Shown piece by piece: positions 33,946-36,534 of a DNA stretch of 36,534 bases. The stretch comes from a virus. Its lineage: Duplodnaviria > Caudoviricetes. The position numbers and the translations under genes are program-made. The DNA lies in the IMG/VR virus record IMGVR_UViG_3300032163_000058, positions 1 through 36,534 of that record; one strand, 5' to 3'. The first letter of the stretch is position 1, and each line of letters begins with the position of its first letter. The notes below the pieces were generated by a model. That model saw only the letters and a program-made list of their open reading frames with translations, was not told the DNA's origin and made no database searches.

Positions 33946-34620
33946 ATGACACAACCTGCGACTGACACACAAATAGCCGGATGGGATAGCCTGCTTTATT
34001 CACTCAATCCATTGACGAGCAAAGAGTGGCATATTTCTGCTCTCCTTGCCCGCATCCGGGCCGATGGAGATAAACGCAACCTATTAGAGATTGATGTTGA
34101 TGGATGGAAAGCCCGCGCCGAGGCTGCCGAAGCAAAGTCCTTAGAATATGAGGGGTATAAACTCAATTTTGACGAAGTGATTAAGCAGCGGGACATCGCC
34201 GAAGCGAACCTGGCCGAGGCCGAAGCGCGCGTATCGGAACTGCAAACCTGGTACGACGAAGCCAAAAATCGTCTCGCCCATAGCGCACGGGGTGCTCGTG
34301 AATTAGAAGCCCACAAGGCGCGGCTGGAAGAAGCACTTGTTATGTGCGCTATTCCTCTGGAAGCATTGCGCGCTGCCGTCGTTTGGGAACTTGCTCCGGA
34401 GGTAAAATCGGAGATAGAAAGGGCGATTATGTCCACTCGCGCTGCCCTCTCTGCCCCCGGCGCACAGGCTGGGGCGCTGTGGGCGGCATTGATGGCGGAA
34501 CATGAAGCAGTAGACGCCTGGCGTGATAGTCTAGATGGGGCAAAAGCGTTCGCCTATCACAATCGAATTGCTGAGGCGTTTATCGCGGTTGAAGCAGCAT
34601 TGAAGGGAGAGCCGAAATGA
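33946..34620 (+). CDS. Coiled-coil hypothetical protein
   Basis: GAGG SD; RAEAAEA heptads. Confidence 0.65.
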   Translation: MTQPATDTQIAGWDSLLYSLNPLTSKEWHISALLARIRADGDKRNLLEIDVDGWKARAEAAEAKSLEYEGYKLNFDEVIKQRDIAEANLAEAEARVSELQTWYDEAKNRLAHSARGARELEAHKARLEEALVMCAIPLEALRAAVVWELAPEVKSEIERAIMSTRAALSAPGAQAGALWAALMAEHEAVDAWRDSLDGAKAFAYHNRIAEAFIAVEAALKGEPK

Positions 34621-34645
34621 CTCCGATTGAAGAAGGAGACACATC

Positions 34646-34759
34646 ATGATTAGGATGATTGAATGCCCGCGATGTTGCCATGAAAATGAATATGACGGCG
34701 ATAATGATATCGTGGTCTGCGAGAAATGCGGCGAGCTTATTTTCGTGGGAGAAACCTAA
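34646..34759 (+). CDS. 37-aa zinc-ribbon peptide (absent from ORF track)
   Basis: AAGGAG SD; CPRC..CEKC. Confidence 0.55.
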   Translation: MIRMIECPRCCHENEYDGDNDIVVCEKCGELIFVGET

Positions 34760-34761
34760 AA

Positions 34762-34917
34762 ATGAAATCTAAACTCAACCGGATTAATCACATCCTTCAC
34801 CGCCATCTCCATGACGGCGACGTATCGGCCATGTTACACCGCACACTGATTGCAATTGCAGTCGGCATCCTACTTGTGTTCGCGCTGTGCATCGCGCTGG
34901 CGTGGGGGCTGAGATGA
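34762..34917 (+). CDS. Small single-TM protein
   Basis: GGGAG SD; C-terminal hydrophobic helix. Confidence 0.55.
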   Translation: MKSKLNRINHILHRHLHDGDVSAMLHRTLIAIAVGILLVFALCIALAWGLR

Positions 34918-35126
34918 AAAAACCTCCTAAATCGAAATTGACTGGAAAAGAAAGTTTGCAGCAAACCCTGAAACATTTGTCAGAAGTTGGTGGAAGGGCA
35001 TCTATATTCTGGGTAACTGAAACCGGACAACGGGCGGCTGCCATTGATAGATTGTGCAATTCTGGAAAACTCATCCTTGATAACTCAATAGGATACCCCT
35101 GGCTGAAAGTGAAATGGATAAAATGA
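34914..35126 (+). CDS. Hypothetical protein
   Basis: ATGA overlaps at both ends. Confidence 0.55.
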   Translation: MKKPPKSKLTGKESLQQTLKHLSEVGGRASIFWVTETGQRAAAIDRLCNSGKLILDNSIGYPWLKVKWIK

Positions 35127-35422
35127 ATCGCAATCCCTATAACAACCTCGTCTTCCTCAGCAGTCTCGTCATCGGCTCTCTCGGTCTGCTCGTCGGCCTC
35201 GCCCGGGCCCGCCCCCGCCGACTAGATATTGAAATGAGCCGCTTGAAAATCATCCATTACATTCGACGACCCGATGATACATTTACGTTTTGTCATAGGG
35301 CGATTTACGGAATTATTCGACGCAGGATTGTTATGCCTGCCCCAAAAGACACATTGCGGGTGAGCCAGAAATTAGACGCATCGGGCAAAGTTGGATCGTG
35401 GAGTGTGAGAGATGAAACATAG
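35123..35422 (+). CDS. Hypothetical protein with N-terminal TM
   Basis: ATGA-coupled; hydrophobic N-terminus. Confidence 0.45.
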   Translation: MNRNPYNNLVFLSSLVIGSLGLLVGLARARPRRLDIEMSRLKIIHYIRRPDDTFTFCHRAIYGIIRRRIVMPAPKDTLRVSQKLDASGKVGSWSVRDET

Positions 35423-35633
35423 AAATTGCAAGTGGACGTACGATGAATATCATGACAACTGGGATACTCAATGCGGTGAGGCCTTTTGTTTTATAACGGG
35501 CGATCCCGCTGAAAACAAAATGCAATTCTGTCCATATTGTGGTTGGCGTCTGGTTCAGCATCCAAAATCGACCGAACAACTCGCAAAAGAATTGGATGGC
35601 CGAGTGGGAGTCGCCGTAGTGAGGCAAGTGTAA
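35412..35633 (+). CDS. Small zinc-finger phage protein
   Basis: CKW..WDTQCG..FCPYCG; GGAG SD. Confidence 0.65.
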   Translation: MKHRNCKWTYDEYHDNWDTQCGEAFCFITGDPAENKMQFCPYCGWRLVQHPKSTEQLAKELDGRVGVAVVRQV

Positions 35634-35821
35634 TGATGGACACCGCAAAACTTGTAAAACTATGGATGAATCAAATGTTTGTTCTGGTGGAACGAAGCAC
35701 CAGTGAGGAATATAAGGCCGGTATACGCGCTGGTATCCGCTATTGTTATCGCTCATTGCGAAGGGCTGAGCGTTCTAATAAATCAATTGCGCATGGACGA
35801 TCTCCACGCCGTAAAATATGA
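35633..35821 (+). CDS. Hypothetical protein
   Basis: TAATG coupling; GAGG SD. Confidence 0.5.
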   Translation: MMDTAKLVKLWMNQMFVLVERSTSEEYKAGIRAGIRYCYRSLRRAERSNKSIAHGRSPRRKI

Positions 35822-36231
35822 AATGCCCTTCTGTTGCCACGCTCAAAACGGAAGAAAGACATCCCATGAACAATATTACAGAACGTCGAGCGAGGTTTGT
35901 TTATGATTCTGCGCGGCTTGCGGCGCTTTTTGCCCGGGCCCCGATTATTCCTATTCAATGGGACGAGCGCGAAGAACCTTTCAAAGCGCAGTTCCGAGCC
36001 GTCATTGAGCGGCAATGCTCAGACCAGCGGTCACGTTCCCCCGAGGAATTGCATGGCAGTTGGATGCAGGCTTATTTTGCAATGGGCTGGGTCTATGGCG
36101 TGGAATATAACCGCGAGAAAAAAATACATCCTGATCTTGTTCCTTTTGCCGATCTCGGAAAACTGGAACAGGATAAAGACGCCGTGTTTATTGCATTGTG
36201 TGAAATCGCCCGTCTATGGATTGCAGTCTAA
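35818..36231 (+). CDS. RyR-domain protein
   Basis: PEELHGSWM..GWVYG..KIHPDLVPFADL..QDKD RyR repeat signature; alternative start 35866. Confidence 0.8.
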   Translation: MKCPSVATLKTEERHPMNNITERRARFVYDSARLAALFARAPIIPIQWDEREEPFKAQFRAVIERQCSDQRSRSPEELHGSWMQAYFAMGWVYGVEYNREKKIHPDLVPFADLGKLEQDKDAVFIALCEIARLWIAV

Positions 36232-36296
36232 TACAAGATGACAACCAGCCGATGGCATGCGCGCCGCATCACAACCGGCGCTGTTGCAGGTGTGAA

Positions 36297-36534
36297 ATGA
36301 AAGTTCCATCCGTCGCGACCCTCAAAACGTGGGACGTTCTCCATGCCGAACGTGGCACCCGTGCCGCTGCCGCCAGCGAATACCACGTTCGGCGTAGCCG
36401 CAAAGCCGCGCTCGGAATATGCGCCACAGTAGGCTGCAAACGAAAGCGAGATGGACGTGTTTACTGTACGCCCTGTCTCAATCGCCTCAGCCGGGAGCGC
36501 GAGCGCTCTCTAGCGCGCGGCGGGCAGACGCCGA
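36297..36534 (+). CDS. Cys-motif hypothetical protein, 3'-truncated
   Basis: MKVPSVATLKT..GICATVGC..YCTPC, open to window edge. Confidence 0.55.
   Translation, partial: MKVPSVATLKTWDVLHAERGTRAAAASEYHVRRSRKAALGICATVGCKRKRDGRVYCTPCLNRLSRERERSLARGGQTP

Noticed and set aside
34452-34476. Seventh copy of the cassette repeat (CCCCCGGCGCACAGGCTGGGG)
   Set aside because: Weak partial match inside a CDS, lacking the AACAGCCGGGAG core.
1-36534. Stop-codon recoding or terminal redundancy
   Set aside because: Genes are intact and tightly packed in the standard code, and the two ends are different truncated ORFs with no overlap seen.

Overview
The window looks like most of a tailed dsDNA phage genome (HK97-fold, siphovirus-like), circularly permuted and truncated at both ends. 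A minus-strand late arm (23997 down to 889) reads: lysis genes (SleB-like hydrolase, small membrane proteins), VRR-NUC nuclease, TerS/TerL, portal, MuF-like protein, a fused protease/scaffold/major capsid ORF, six putative head decoration genes, adaptor, tail terminator, two tail tube genes, a frameshifted tail chaperone, a very short tape measure and tail tip/fibre genes. A plus-strand early/middle arm (24432 to the right edge, apparently continuing at 1-937) holds many small ORFs, an SSB-like protein, a pentapeptide-repeat protein, a lambda O/P-type replication pair with iterons, a LysM-glycoside hydrolase, a RyR-domain protein and the 3' part of a C5 methyltransferase. No integrase, repressor, reverse transcriptase or cas gene was recognised. 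A Chloroflexota-like host is a weak guess from domain style. Four things stand out: (1) six small early genes each preceded by the same ~33-bp hairpin repeat (24391-26013); (2) three tandem paralog pairs among virion genes; (3) two promoter-leader-terminator RNA switches with bipartite antisense geometry, ahead of the capsid and replication genes; (4) a cluster of tRNA-like structured RNAs. All calls come from motif recognition by eye; no searches or folding programs were run.
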